Shown here: piece by piece, positions 28,175 to 37,737 of the stretch
Position numbering within the stretch: position 1 is the stretch's first letter
Layout of the letters: every line of letters begins with the position of its first letter
Assembly: GCA_023429985.1 (NCBI GenBank)
Contig: JAEZCV010000141.1
Coordinates: 1,857-65,856, forward strand
From: Bacteroidota bacterium
GTDB lineage: Bacteria; Bacteroidota; Bacteroidia; Chitinophagales; Chitinophagaceae
DNA length: 64,000 nt
Reading direction: 5' to 3'
Notes under the pieces: model-generated
The model's database searches: none
The model's input: only the letters and a program-made list of their open reading frames with translations
Told to the model about the DNA's origin: nothing
Program-made: the position numbers and the translations under genes

Positions 28175-29662
28175 TTACAGTTCTTTCCTCAACCTTGCCA
28201 CCGGAATATTCAATTGTTCTCTGTATTTAGCTACAGTGCGGCGGGCGATGTTGTAACCTTTTTCCTGGAGAAGTTCTGTAAGGCGTTCGTCGCTCAGAGG
28301 TTTCTTTTTACTTTCATTTTCAATCAGGTCACTCAATATTTTTTTCACTTCCCTGGTAGATACTTCTTCACCACTGTCTGTGGTTAGCGATTCGCTGAAG
28401 AAGAATTTCAGGCGATAAGTTCCAAATTCGGTTTGTACAAATTTGCTGTTGGCAACACGGCTTACCGTAGAAATGTCGAGGCCGGTTTTTTCGGCAATAT
28501 CTTTTAAGATCATGGGCCTTAAAGATGTTTCATCACCGGTAATAAAGAAATCGTACTGGTGATTCATAATGGCCGTCATGGTACTGAGAAGCGTATGCTG
28601 TCTTTGCTTAATGGCATCAATAAACCATTTGGCAGCATCAATTTTTTGTTTGATGAAAAGAACGGCTTCTTTCTGCCTGCGGTCTTTTTTTGCACTGCGA
28701 TCATAGTCTTTCAGCATATCGCGATAGCCTTCGCTGATCCTGAGTTCGGGGGCATTCTTTGAATTTAGGGTTAATTCCAGTTTGCCCGCATTGTTCATTA
28801 TAAAAAAGTCGGGAACCACATAGCTTTCGGCTTTATTCACCTCACCCACATTTCCACCCGGCTTGGGATTTAGCCTGGTGATCTGCATCATTACTTCTTT
28901 CAGCTGATCATCGTCCAGGTTCAGTCCTCTTTGAATTTTTTCGTAATGTTTTTTGGTAAACTCATCAAAGTATTTAGTAATGGCCGCAATGGCCACATCC
29001 ACATCTTTACCTTCTTCTTTTTGTCTTAACAGTTGCAGCATTAAACATTCCTGCAGGTTCCTGGCAGCCACACCGGGAGGATCGAACTGCTGGATTCTTT
29101 TTATAAGGCTTTCCACTTCTTCGTCGCTGGAAATTATGTTCTGCCTGAAGGCAAGATCATCAACAATGGCTGAAGTTTCTCTCCTGAGATAGCCATCTTC
29201 ATCTATACTTCCAATGATCTGCTCCGCAATGCGCCCTTCTTTTTCATCCAGCTTCAACATGCCTAATTGTAATTCAAGCACTTCGTAAAAACTGGTTTCC
29301 ACCTTATAAGGCATGGTGGTCTTTTCTTCCTGCTCACCGTAATTATCGTCCCTTAATTTATAATCGGCAATGTCGTCATCGCCTTCCTGAACATAGTCGG
29401 AGATATCTATATTCTCATATTGTTCTTCAGAACTGCTTTCTTCAAAATCATCATCAGCACTATCGGTAAATTCATCCTGCTTTTCTTCATAGCTATCATC
29501 ATGGGAATCGTCGGAAAGTTCAAGCGCGGGGTTTTCTTCCAGTTCTTCCTTAATTCTTTCATCTAAAATAGCAGTAGGTACCTGCAGCAGTTTCATTAAC
29601 TGGATTTGCTGCGGTGAAAGTTTCTGCAGTAACTTCTGTTGTAAACTCTGGCTTAAACTCAT
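28175..29662 (-). CDS. rpoN: RNA polymerase sigma-54 factor
   Basis: Gln/Leu-rich region I (LQQKLLQKLSPQQIQLMKLLQ), STVSRV HTH, RpoN box ARRTVAKYRE; ATG at 29662. Confidence 0.98.
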   Translation of the reverse strand: MSLSQSLQQKLLQKLSPQQIQLMKLLQVPTAILDERIKEELEENPALELSDDSHDDSYEEKQDEFTDSADDDFEESSSEEQYENIDISDYVQEGDDDIADYKLRDDNYGEQEEKTTMPYKVETSFYEVLELQLGMLKLDEKEGRIAEQIIGSIDEDGYLRRETSAIVDDLAFRQNIISSDEEVESLIKRIQQFDPPGVAARNLQECLMLQLLRQKEEGKDVDVAIAAITKYFDEFTKKHYEKIQRGLNLDDDQLKEVMMQITRLNPKPGGNVGEVNKAESYVVPDFFIMNNAGKLELTLNSKNAPELRISEGYRDMLKDYDRSAKKDRRQKEAVLFIKQKIDAAKWFIDAIKQRQHTLLSTMTAIMNHQYDFFITGDETSLRPMILKDIAEKTGLDISTVSRVANSKFVQTEFGTYRLKFFFSESLTTDSGEEVSTREVKKILSDLIENESKKKPLSDERLTELLQEKGYNIARRTVAKYREQLNIPVARLRKEL

Positions 29663-29895
29663 TCTAAGTATTCTGTGGCAAAAAAATCGCCGGGTTTCAC
29701 AAAAATCGAGCCGTAAAATTACTGCAAATAATAATCCATGCCCCTGAACATATGGCACTGACAGTATGCTGAAATCTTTTCTGCCTTAAAACCCTTGTCC
29801 ACAGCGTATTTGCCTATGCATGAGGTTTATTGCAGATATCAATTAATGAAGCGAATTTTCTACAATAAAGCCATTAAGAACCAACAAAGCAGGTA

Positions 29896-31092
29896 TTAAA
29901 TGACCTTTTGAATAGCTGTTTTCATTTTTTCAGCTTTTTCCCTGGCCTGTTCTTCGGTCCAGGTGAGACTTATTGCCGTTGAAATACACCTGCCCATGAT
30001 GGCATCACTTGCAGAAAAGCTTTTTTGGGATAAGGAGTGTAATGAAGCCAGTTGATCGGCATGTAAAGGAAAGAGGGATTTTCCAGTTTTTAAATGATCC
30101 CATTTTTTGATGTAATGCCAGTTGTTATCGAACCAGTAAAAATTACCGGCCAAAATGCCTTCCTTTTTAAATTCATCCACAACCGACCTTGTTATTGCTT
30201 CTGTAGGCAGGAACCAGCTTATAAAAGTACAGCTGTCTCCTTCAGGATCCGGAATGGTGCGGAAGCTTATTTCTGGTATGGAGGCAAGAATGTTCTTTAT
30301 GATGGTGTGATTTTTTTTCTGAATAGCTAAGAATTCATCAACTCTTCTAACCTGTGCCAGTCCAACAGCTGCATGTAATTCTGAAATACGGAAATTATAT
30401 CCAAGGAATGGATGCAGGTCGGCACCGCGATCAGCACCTTTGTGGTCGTGACCATGATCGGAGAATGCATCGCATTTGAGGTAAACATCTTCATTGGAAG
30501 TTATTACTACTCCGCCTTCGCCGCAGGTCATGGTTTTTACAAAATCGAAAGAAAATGTGCCGGCATCACCAATGGTTCCTAGGCATTTGCCTTTATAGGT
30601 GGCGCCAATGCTCTGGCATGCATCTTCCAACAGCAGAAGTTTGTGTTCTTTTGCTATTGATTGAAGTGCATCCATGTCGGCCATGCTGCCACACATATGC
30701 ACCGGCATTATGCATTTGGTTTTAGGTGTAATGGCATTTCTTACGGCCGCAGGGTCCAATGTGAGCGAATCATTAATATCAACCAGCACCGGAATGGCAC
30801 CAACGCTCAATACAGCTTCAAAGGAAGCAACAAAAGTGAATGAGGGCATAATCACTTCATGACCGGAACCAATACCTAGTGCAGCAAGCGCAGTGGTTAA
30901 TGCGGCCGTGCCGCTGGAAACAAGTTGCGCGTGTTTTGCGCCAAAACGATTGCATATCTCTTTCTCCAGTTCTTTTGATTTCCAGGTTCCTTTTCTCGGC
31001 CCATCGAAACCATAACGCATAAGAATTCCTGTTTCCAGAACATCATTTACTTCTTTTCTTTCTGCATCGCTCCATAATTCAAATCCGGGCAT
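29896..31092 (-). CDS. kdnA: DegT/DnrJ/EryC1/StrS aminotransferase, KdnA-like (8-amino-Kdo transaminase)
   Basis: MPGFEL start, VHMCGSMA, SFDFVKTMTCGEGG, FSDHGHDH, IPDPEGDS and FYWFDNNWHY, as I recall for Shewanella KdnA. Confidence 0.8.
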   Translation of the reverse strand: MPGFELWSDAERKEVNDVLETGILMRYGFDGPRKGTWKSKELEKEICNRFGAKHAQLVSSGTAALTTALAALGIGSGHEVIMPSFTFVASFEAVLSVGAIPVLVDINDSLTLDPAAVRNAITPKTKCIMPVHMCGSMADMDALQSIAKEHKLLLLEDACQSIGATYKGKCLGTIGDAGTFSFDFVKTMTCGEGGVVITSNEDVYLKCDAFSDHGHDHKGADRGADLHPFLGYNFRISELHAAVGLAQVRRVDEFLAIQKKNHTIIKNILASIPEISFRTIPDPEGDSCTFISWFLPTEAITRSVVDEFKKEGILAGNFYWFDNNWHYIKKWDHLKTGKSLFPLHADQLASLHSLSQKSFSASDAIMGRCISTAISLTWTEEQAREKAEKMKTAIQKVI

Positions 31093-31142
31093 AATTCATT
31101 TTTTGAAGAGTGTAAAGATAAAGCGATGAAATGTGGTGCAAC

Positions 31143-31174
31143 AAAAAAAGGCTAAGGAGAATTTCCTTAGCCTT
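31143..31174 (-). terminator. Intrinsic terminator after ahpCD
   Basis: A-tract then AAGGCTAAGGA-gaatt-TCCTTAGCCTT. Confidence 0.85.
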
Positions 31175-31195
31175 AAATAATAAATGATATCCTGG

Positions 31196-31786
31196 TTAAA
31201 CAATTACTGCAAGACTTCTGATTACGGCACCAATCCTGATGCTGTCGTGAATTCTTTGCTTGGTAGTGCCATGATTCAGCAGTGCTTTTTCGTGGGAGGT
31301 TACACATAATTCGCAACCATTGAGCGCGCTGATAACAAGACTGGTTAGTTCAAAGAACTCTTTTCCAAGCACGGGGTTGGCCATAATGCTCATTCTTATT
31401 CCTGCCTGTGTATTATTATAGGTTTCATCATTCATAAAATGACGAAAACGATAGTAAACATTATTGGCATTTAGTAAGCTGGTGCAGGCAAGTACTTCTG
31501 CAAGTTCTTTTTCCGTGGCACCTTCTGCCAGTGCGGACTGATAAAATGCATGCTTCAACACTTCTTTCTTATCATTAACAGCTACACTATAAGCTAGAAG
31601 GTAAGCTTCTTTTTTAGATAAGGTTTCTGCATTTAAAGCATTGTTTACATTAATCTTCAGATCACGCAGGTAACGGTTATCGGTATCTGCAAGAAGTTTG
31701 AAGTTTGCTGTTAAGTGTTCTTCAGGCAAACCAAGTTCCTTTAAAAAGGAAGTTGCCTGGTCTGTTGTATTTGTAATTCCAAACAT
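31196..31786 (-). CDS. ahpD: Alkylhydroperoxidase AhpD (CMD family)
   Basis: NNVYYRFRH and SALNGCELCVTSHE CxxC motif; directly follows the peroxiredoxin gene. Confidence 0.88.
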   Translation of the reverse strand: MFGITNTTDQATSFLKELGLPEEHLTANFKLLADTDNRYLRDLKINVNNALNAETLSKKEAYLLAYSVAVNDKKEVLKHAFYQSALAEGATEKELAEVLACTSLLNANNVYYRFRHFMNDETYNNTQAGIRMSIMANPVLGKEFFELTSLVISALNGCELCVTSHEKALLNHGTTKQRIHDSIRIGAVIRSLAVIV

Positions 31787-31804
31787 GTTAAAAATTTATC
31801 CTGA

Positions 31805-32359
31805 TTAAACAGCCAGCGTTGCTTCACCTTTCTGCCAGTTACAGGGGCATAATTCATCTGTTTGCAAGGCATCCAGTACGCGAAGCACTTCTTTTACATT
31901 TCTTCCAACATTCAGATCGTACAAACTAACCCAGCGGATGATACCCTGCGGATCAACAATAAATGTTGCGCGGTAGGCTATCTTTTCTTCTGATTGTAGA
32001 ATGCCCAGTTCTTCGGCAAGCGATTTAGAGGTATCGGCAAGCATTGGGAATTGTAATTCACGTAGGTCTTCATGATCTTTTCTCCAGGCAAGGTGTACAA
32101 ACTCGCTGTCGGTAGAAGCACCGATCAACAGTGTATCGCGGTCGGAGAAGTCCTGGTAATGATTATTGAATTCTGCAATTTCTGTAGGACAAACAAAAGT
32201 AAAATCTTTCGGCCACCAGAACATTACCATCCATTTGCCGCTGTTCTTAATTTCTTCGGAAGAGAGCTCATAAAATTCCTTTCCTTTTTCTGTAGATATA
32301 ACAGCCTTTTTATTAAAATCCGGGAAGGCTGAACCGAGCGATAATGTTACGTTCTTCAT
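31805..32359 (-). CDS. ahpC: 2-Cys peroxiredoxin
   Basis: WPKDFTFVCPTE, RATFIVDP, ELCPCNW. Confidence 0.95.
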   Translation of the reverse strand: MKNVTLSLGSAFPDFNKKAVISTEKGKEFYELSSEEIKNSGKWMVMFWWPKDFTFVCPTEIAEFNNHYQDFSDRDTLLIGASTDSEFVHLAWRKDHEDLRELQFPMLADTSKSLAEELGILQSEEKIAYRATFIVDPQGIIRWVSLYDLNVGRNVKEVLRVLDALQTDELCPCNWQKGEATLAV

Positions 32360-32430
32360 ATAGTTTTTTTTAACTGGCGCAAAGGTCGGCCTGCACCGTG
32401 ATAAAAAAAACTGATTTTTGTTATAATTAT

Positions 32431-32445
32431 ATAGATTGTTTCTAT
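32431..32445. promoter_or_regulatory. Candidate OxyR/LysR-type site upstream of ahpC
   Basis: ATAG-N7-CTAT (ATAGattgtttCTAT) about 70 bp upstream of the ahpC ATG. Confidence 0.6.
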
Positions 32446-32456
32446 GGGATATAGAG

Positions 32457-32478
32457 AAGCCCCTTGCGGGGCTTTTTT
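32457..32478. terminator. Terminator-like hairpin
   Basis: AAGCCCC-ttgc-GGGGCTT plus T-tract just past the GHL10 stop codon. Confidence 0.65.
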
Positions 32479-32485
32479 ATTTTAT

Positions 32486-33772
32486 TTATTTTTTTCTTCC
32501 TGACGGAGGTGTATTCATTGCTGCCTGTTTAGGCCAGAGAGAGGTATTGCTTTTTCGTGTTGGATTTTCGGGCAGCCATTCCATATCCGGCACTTCTGCA
32601 CGATCGCGGTAATAATTATTTCTTAAGGAATCGTTCCAGCCATTAGGATTTGATGCAAATGTTTTACTGCTGAAATATACACTGCCATGAACCGTTGGAT
32701 ATTCTCTTAATAATTTGATCTGGTTAGGAAGTTCATTTCGATTCTTCCATGCCCTGTTATTTTTTTCAAGAGCACGATACACACCTTTTCCTATATACAC
32801 ATGCCTGCCATAACTATGCTGGCTCCACCAGTCGATTAGTGTTTCATATGCCGCCAGCCTGTGTCCCATTTCCCAATAAAGCTGTGGTGCCACATAATCT
32901 ATCCAGCCTTCTTTCATCCACAACAAAACATCGGCATAAAGATCATCGTAATTGGTTACGCCGGCCCTGGTATCGCTGCCCATAGGGTCCTGCGATTTAT
33001 TACGCCATACACCAAAAGGCGAAATACCAAATTTCACCCATGGTTTAATATCCTTGATACTTTTATTTATGGCATAAATGATAGAGTCAACATTGCTTCT
33101 TCTCCATTCGGCCTTGCTCATTCCTTTACCATATTTCGCGAACGTTTTATAATCAGGAAATTCTTTGCCTGCAATTCTGTAAGGGTAAAAATAGTCGTCC
33201 ATATGAATGGCATCAACATTATACCTGCTTACTATATCCTTAATTACGTTCACCACCCATTTTTGCCCATCCTTATTTCCGGGGTCGAAGTATTTTTTGC
33301 CACCGTAGTTTACAAACCATCCCGGTTGTTTTCTTGTAATATGATCCGGTGCAATAGAAGCTTTTCCAATGGCAAAATTGGCCCGGTATGGATTGAGCCA
33401 TGCATGAAATTCCATACCTCTCTTGTGCGATTCTTCTATCATAAATGCCAGGGGATCGTAATATGGAAATGGTGCTTTTCCCTGCTTTCCTGTAAGCCAC
33501 TGGCTCCAGGGTTCAAAATTGCTGGGATAAAAAGCATCGGTTGCCGGCCTAACCTGTACCACTACTGCATTCATTCCATTGGCAAGGTGCATATCCAACT
33601 GCCTGATAAAATCGGCTTTCTGGCTGTCAACATTAAATTGATTGCGTTCCGGCCAGTCAATATTTGCAACGGTTGCAATCCATACCCCGCGGAATTCTTT
33701 GGGCGTTTCGGTCTGGGCATTTGCAACTAAAACAGATAAGGAAAAAATTGCCGGGAGGAGTAGTTTTTTCAT
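32486..33772 (-). CDS. GHL10 / YddW-like glycoside hydrolase (second paralog)
   Basis: EFRGVWIATVANIDWP, QVRP, HAWLNPYR, AIHMDDYFYPY; Sec signal ending ANAQ. Confidence 0.92.
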   Translation of the reverse strand: MKKLLLPAIFSLSVLVANAQTETPKEFRGVWIATVANIDWPERNQFNVDSQKADFIRQLDMHLANGMNAVVVQVRPATDAFYPSNFEPWSQWLTGKQGKAPFPYYDPLAFMIEESHKRGMEFHAWLNPYRANFAIGKASIAPDHITRKQPGWFVNYGGKKYFDPGNKDGQKWVVNVIKDIVSRYNVDAIHMDDYFYPYRIAGKEFPDYKTFAKYGKGMSKAEWRRSNVDSIIYAINKSIKDIKPWVKFGISPFGVWRNKSQDPMGSDTRAGVTNYDDLYADVLLWMKEGWIDYVAPQLYWEMGHRLAAYETLIDWWSQHSYGRHVYIGKGVYRALEKNNRAWKNRNELPNQIKLLREYPTVHGSVYFSSKTFASNPNGWNDSLRNNYYRDRAEVPDMEWLPENPTRKSNTSLWPKQAAMNTPPSGRKK

Positions 33773-33865
33773 AGTACCAGGTGTTAATGCTGAAAATAGA
33801 AATTTATCTATAGAATTTTACCAATGAAATTCTAAAATAGGCCGGGTATTAAAAATTGAGGTTGA

Positions 33866-34321
33866 TTAAGCCTCTTCGCGGAGCTTGTCAAGAATAATAT
33901 TCAGTTGTTCTGCTTCCGATTCGCTAAGGTTGCGCATGATCTCGTTCACATGATCGGAACCGGCGTCTATTTTTTTCAATAATTTCTGACCTTTATCTGT
34001 TATGATGATATCTACCAGCCGCTTATCCTTGCTGCAGGTGGATTTTTTTACGAAACCTTTCACCACAAGCCTGTCAACAATCCTGCTGGTATCACTCATT
34101 TTATCAAGCATGCGTTCCCTGATCTGCAGGGTTGATAATGGTTTAGGATAACTTCCTCTTAAAATCCTAAGTATGTTGAATTGCTGGTGGGTTATGTTTT
34201 CGTTCGACAGCGAATCCTTTATCTTTTCTATTATCCAGCCATAGCTGTATAATAGATTGATCATAGCTTTTTGCCGGGCACTTGTAAAATTATATTGCTG
34301 TATATCTTTTTCTATACCCAT
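33866..34321 (-). CDS. MarR-family transcriptional regulator
   Basis: ITHQQFNILRILRG, SRIVDRL, DKRLVDIIITDKG. Confidence 0.92.
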   Translation of the reverse strand: MGIEKDIQQYNFTSARQKAMINLLYSYGWIIEKIKDSLSNENITHQQFNILRILRGSYPKPLSTLQIRERMLDKMSDTSRIVDRLVVKGFVKKSTCSKDKRLVDIIITDKGQKLLKKIDAGSDHVNEIMRNLSESEAEQLNIILDKLREEA

Positions 34322-34381
34322 TCAGGAATCAAAGATATATAAGCATTGGCAGATATGTTTGTTATGCAGCCGATCAAACAT

Positions 34382-35239
34382 TTATTTAACGCTGCAACTT
34401 TGCTGGAAGTTGGTTTTGATGTGTGCCTGTAAACATTCGGCTCTTAAGGAAGAAAAAGGATGGCTGCGAAAAAAATCTTCCAGCTGGTTGTATTCATTTT
34501 CCATTTCTGCCATTTCTTTCCAGAACTCAACTGCCGCGCAAATGTCCTGGTTAAGCGAATAAGTAAGGTCTGTACCATAATAGTCGGCTTCGAGTTCATT
34601 TCTCTGGTTAAAAGATCCTGTAAGCAATCTTTTTATCTGGAAAACAAAGCTTCCGTTCTCTTCTCCAAAGATCTTGTTATGGAGCATCATTTCCTGGATG
34701 GTCTTTTTAATATGCCCTTTCTCTGAATGGCCAATTTCGTGACCAATTATGGCATATAAAAGAGATGGTTTTGATTTGCACTTGTTGTACATAGCCTTTG
34801 TTATATATATACGGCCCCCAAATGTGAATGCGTTTACCGTGGTATCATCCAGCGCGTATATATAATATTTAATATCAGAAGGTTTGGTACGAACCGCAAG
34901 AAGATCGGCCAGTGCTTTGTCAAGATCCTGTTGCATTTTGCTGTCGTTTAACAAAACAAAGGTTTTCGACTCGATGGCATCTTTATGAAAGGCTTCGCCA
35001 TATTCAGTTTGAACCTGGTCGGTAATTTCTTTATCATCCACCGCAATGTCGCGAAGAAGGTCACCGGCCCTGCTGATGGTTCGGTTCATTTTGCTGCCCG
35101 CAACCGCACTGTCTACACAACCATAGGAATAGGACATATGCTTTGGTTTGGGTTTTGGCTCGGACTCAGCCTGTCCGTTTACGGATATATCGCATGATGC
35201 AAACAGAAGTACAAAGGCAAATAGAATAATTCGGCTCAT
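34382..35239 (-). CDS. M48-family zinc metalloprotease lipoprotein
   Basis: Lipobox FASC, VNAFTFGG, GHEIGH, ELEAD, RSHP; ATG at 35239. Confidence 0.9.
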   Translation of the reverse strand: MSRIILFAFVLLFASCDISVNGQAESEPKPKPKHMSYSYGCVDSAVAGSKMNRTISRAGDLLRDIAVDDKEITDQVQTEYGEAFHKDAIESKTFVLLNDSKMQQDLDKALADLLAVRTKPSDIKYYIYALDDTTVNAFTFGGRIYITKAMYNKCKSKPSLLYAIIGHEIGHSEKGHIKKTIQEMMLHNKIFGEENGSFVFQIKRLLTGSFNQRNELEADYYGTDLTYSLNQDICAAVEFWKEMAEMENEYNQLEDFFRSHPFSSLRAECLQAHIKTNFQQSCSVK

Positions 35240-35275
35240 AAAATTTATAAATGCAAAGTACCGGCCAAAAGGTAT

Positions 35276-35301
35276 AAAAAAAGCCATCCGGAGATGGCTT
35301 T
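35276..35301 (-). terminator. Intrinsic terminator after typA
   Basis: A7 tract then GCCATC-cgga-GATGGC. Confidence 0.85.
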
Positions 35302-35306
35302 ATATT

Positions 35307-37118
35307 TTAAAGCGCCTGGGCGCTCATTTTTTTCTGCTGTTTTTTCCTTTCTTCTTCGTCAAGAATTACCTTACGCATACGTATGTTGTTGGGAGTAACT
35401 TCAATGCACTCATCCTGCTGAATATATTCCATGCATTCTTCAAGGGTCATTTGTCTTTTGGGCGGAAGGCTCACCGTACCATCACTTCCGGAGGCACGCA
35501 TATTGGTAAGTTTTTTTCCTTCATTAGGATTCACAACAAGGTCGCCGGGCTTATTGGTTTCACCAATGATCATTCCCCTGTAAACTTCTTCTCCCGGGTC
35601 CACAAAAAATATTCCGCGATCCTGTAATTTATCAATTGAATAAGCGGTTGTTGATCCGGCTTCCTTTGCAATAAGAACACCGTTGTTTCGTCCGGGAATA
35701 GGTCCTTTCCATGGTTTGTATTCCGAGAACCTGTGGTTCATTACAGCCTCACCCGCCGTATTGGTAAGCATGGATGTGCGCAAGCCCAGCAAACCTCTTG
35801 AAGGAATGTCAAACTCAAGGTGTTGCATATCGCCCTTGGTTTCCATTACCAGCATTTCACCTTTTCTTCTTGTTACCAGGTCAATTACTTTAGAAGCAAA
35901 TTCCTGCGGAACATCAACTACAAGTGTTTCAAAAGGCTCACATTTTTTACCATCAATTTCTTTGGTAATTACCTGGGGCTGGCCAATAGTAAGTTCGTAT
36001 CCTTCACGACGCATGGTTTCAATAAGAACACCCAGGTGAAGAATACCGCGACCATAAACCATAAAGCTGTCCGCGCTATCGGTATCGTAAACTTTTAAAG
36101 CCAGGTTTTTTTCAGTTTCCTTCATCAGTCGATCGCGCAGGTGTCTTGATGTAACAAATTTTCCATCCTTACCAAAGAAAGGAGAATTGTTAATAGAGAA
36201 CTGCATGTTCATGGTTGGTTCATCAACACTGATCACAGGTAAGGCTTCAGGATTTTCAAAATCGGCAACTGTATCACCAATGTTGAAATTTTCAAGTCCT
36301 ACAATGGCGCACAGGTCACCGGAAACAACTTCGGTAACTTTTTTCTTACCCATTCCTTCAAACACATATAATTCCTTAACGCGCTGTTTTTTTATAACTC
36401 CATCTGCCTGCATCAGCGAAATGGGCATGTTTTCTTTTATAGTACCGCGACCAACCTTTCCAATGGCAATTCTTCCAAGGAAAGAAGAATAATCAAGAGA
36501 TGTGATCTGCATTTGTAAACTTCCTTCGCTCACTTTTGGTGGCGGAACATGTTTAATGATGCCATCAAGTAAAGGAGTAATACCTTCAACCTGTGTAAGG
36601 CTGTCGTTAAACCAGCCATTTTTTCCCGAACCGTAATAAGTTGGGAAGTCGAGTTGCTCCTCAGTTGCATCCAGGTTAAAGAAAAGTTCAAATACAGCGT
36701 CGTGCACTTCGTCGGGACGGCAGTTAGGTTTATCAACCTTATTAATAACAACAATAGGTTTAAGGTTAAGCTGTAAAGCTTTTTGCAATACAAATCTTGT
36801 TTGAGGCATCGGGCCTTCAAAAGCATCTACAAGAAGAATTACACCATCGGCCATTTTTAACACTCTTTCCACTTCACCACCAAAGTCGGCGTGACCGGGC
36901 GTGTCAATCACATTGATCTTGGTGCCCTGGTAAACAACAGCGGCATTTTTTGAAAAGATAGTAATACCTCTTTCACGTTCCAGGTCATTGCTGTCCATTA
37001 TAAGGTCCCCGGTTTCCTGGTTGTCGCGGAAACCCTTGGTAGTGTGTAAGATCTTATCAACCAGGGTAGTTTTTCCGTGGTCACCGTGGGCAATGATGGC
37101 GATATTTCAGATTTGCAT
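35307..37118 (-). CDS. typA: Translational GTPase TypA/BipA, interrupted by an in-frame TGA at codon 4 (possible pseudogene or sequence error)
   Basis: From ATG 37118: MQI*NIAIIAHGDHGKTTLVDK..., in frame with the 563-aa ORF (ERERGITI, DTPGHADF, NKVD, RREGYE). Confidence 0.93.
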
Positions 37119-37188
37119 AAATTTTCTAACGGGGCTAAACTGCTATTTGGAGGCCGGAAGCCAAAGCGAAGCCATATTTTAAGAGGCG

Positions 37189-37196
37189 CAAAGGTA
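37189..37196 (-). promoter_or_regulatory. Bacteroidota -7 promoter element for typA
   Basis: TACCTTTG(CGC) on the minus strand, 70 nt upstream of ATG 37118. Confidence 0.75.
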
Positions 37197-37317
37197 AGTC
37201 AATTTGGGGTGGGAGCGAACACCTAAAGGTTAAATATTGGGGATTTGAACCTGTTATTTCGCTGTTTTAGCTTTTTCAAATCAGCTTCTCAATGCTATTA
37301 TCATTTAGTTTTGGAAA

Positions 37318-37737
37318 ATGAAGACAGTTGTACTGATCGCTTCGATATTTTTAATGAGCCAGTTAAAGGCCCAGGACAGCTGGGTTGTATTTTTGAACAA
37401 GCAACAACTACTAAGCACTTCAACAGAATCAGCTGAAAAAAATGTTTTTTCTGTTAAGGAGGAAGATCTGAAGGAAAATCATCCATTTACACTCACCTAT
37501 TTCGATTTAAATAAAGAAAAGGACTGGACGCGGTTCCTGATGATCTTCACCACAAAAGATGAAGAGATCAAAAGACAGGAAGGACGAAAAATGCGTTTAA
37601 CAAACAGCAGGCTACTGGAATTGTTGAAAAAGCATAAAGAGCTCCATTTTTATACCTATTCACTTCCCAACGATCCCGATCTAAGGGCCAGAATACGTGT
37701 GAGAAGAATACATTTGTGCACCCTGGTTTTAGATTAA
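37318..37737 (+). CDS. Secreted hypothetical protein
   Basis: Signal peptide ending LKAQ; stop overlaps the next ATG (TAATG). Confidence 0.8.
   Translation: MKTVVLIASIFLMSQLKAQDSWVVFLNKQQLLSTSTESAEKNVFSVKEEDLKENHPFTLTYFDLNKEKDWTRFLMIFTTKDEEIKRQEGRKMRLTNSRLLELLKKHKELHFYTYSLPNDPDLRARIRVRRIHLCTLVLD

Noticed and set aside
29795..29803. DnaA-box-like TTGTCCACA upstream of rpoN
   Set aside because: A single mismatched copy with no cluster; expected by chance.
32861..33730. 289-aa plus-strand ORF
   Set aside because: Lies wholly antisense to the well-supported GHL10 gene, has no recognisable motif and an atypical composition; a shadow ORF.
37107..37109. TGA reassignment or selenocysteine at typA codon 4
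   Set aside because: TGA ends many genes here at their expected termini (e.g. ligD, asnB, korB), and the consensus residue is Arg, not Trp or Cys.
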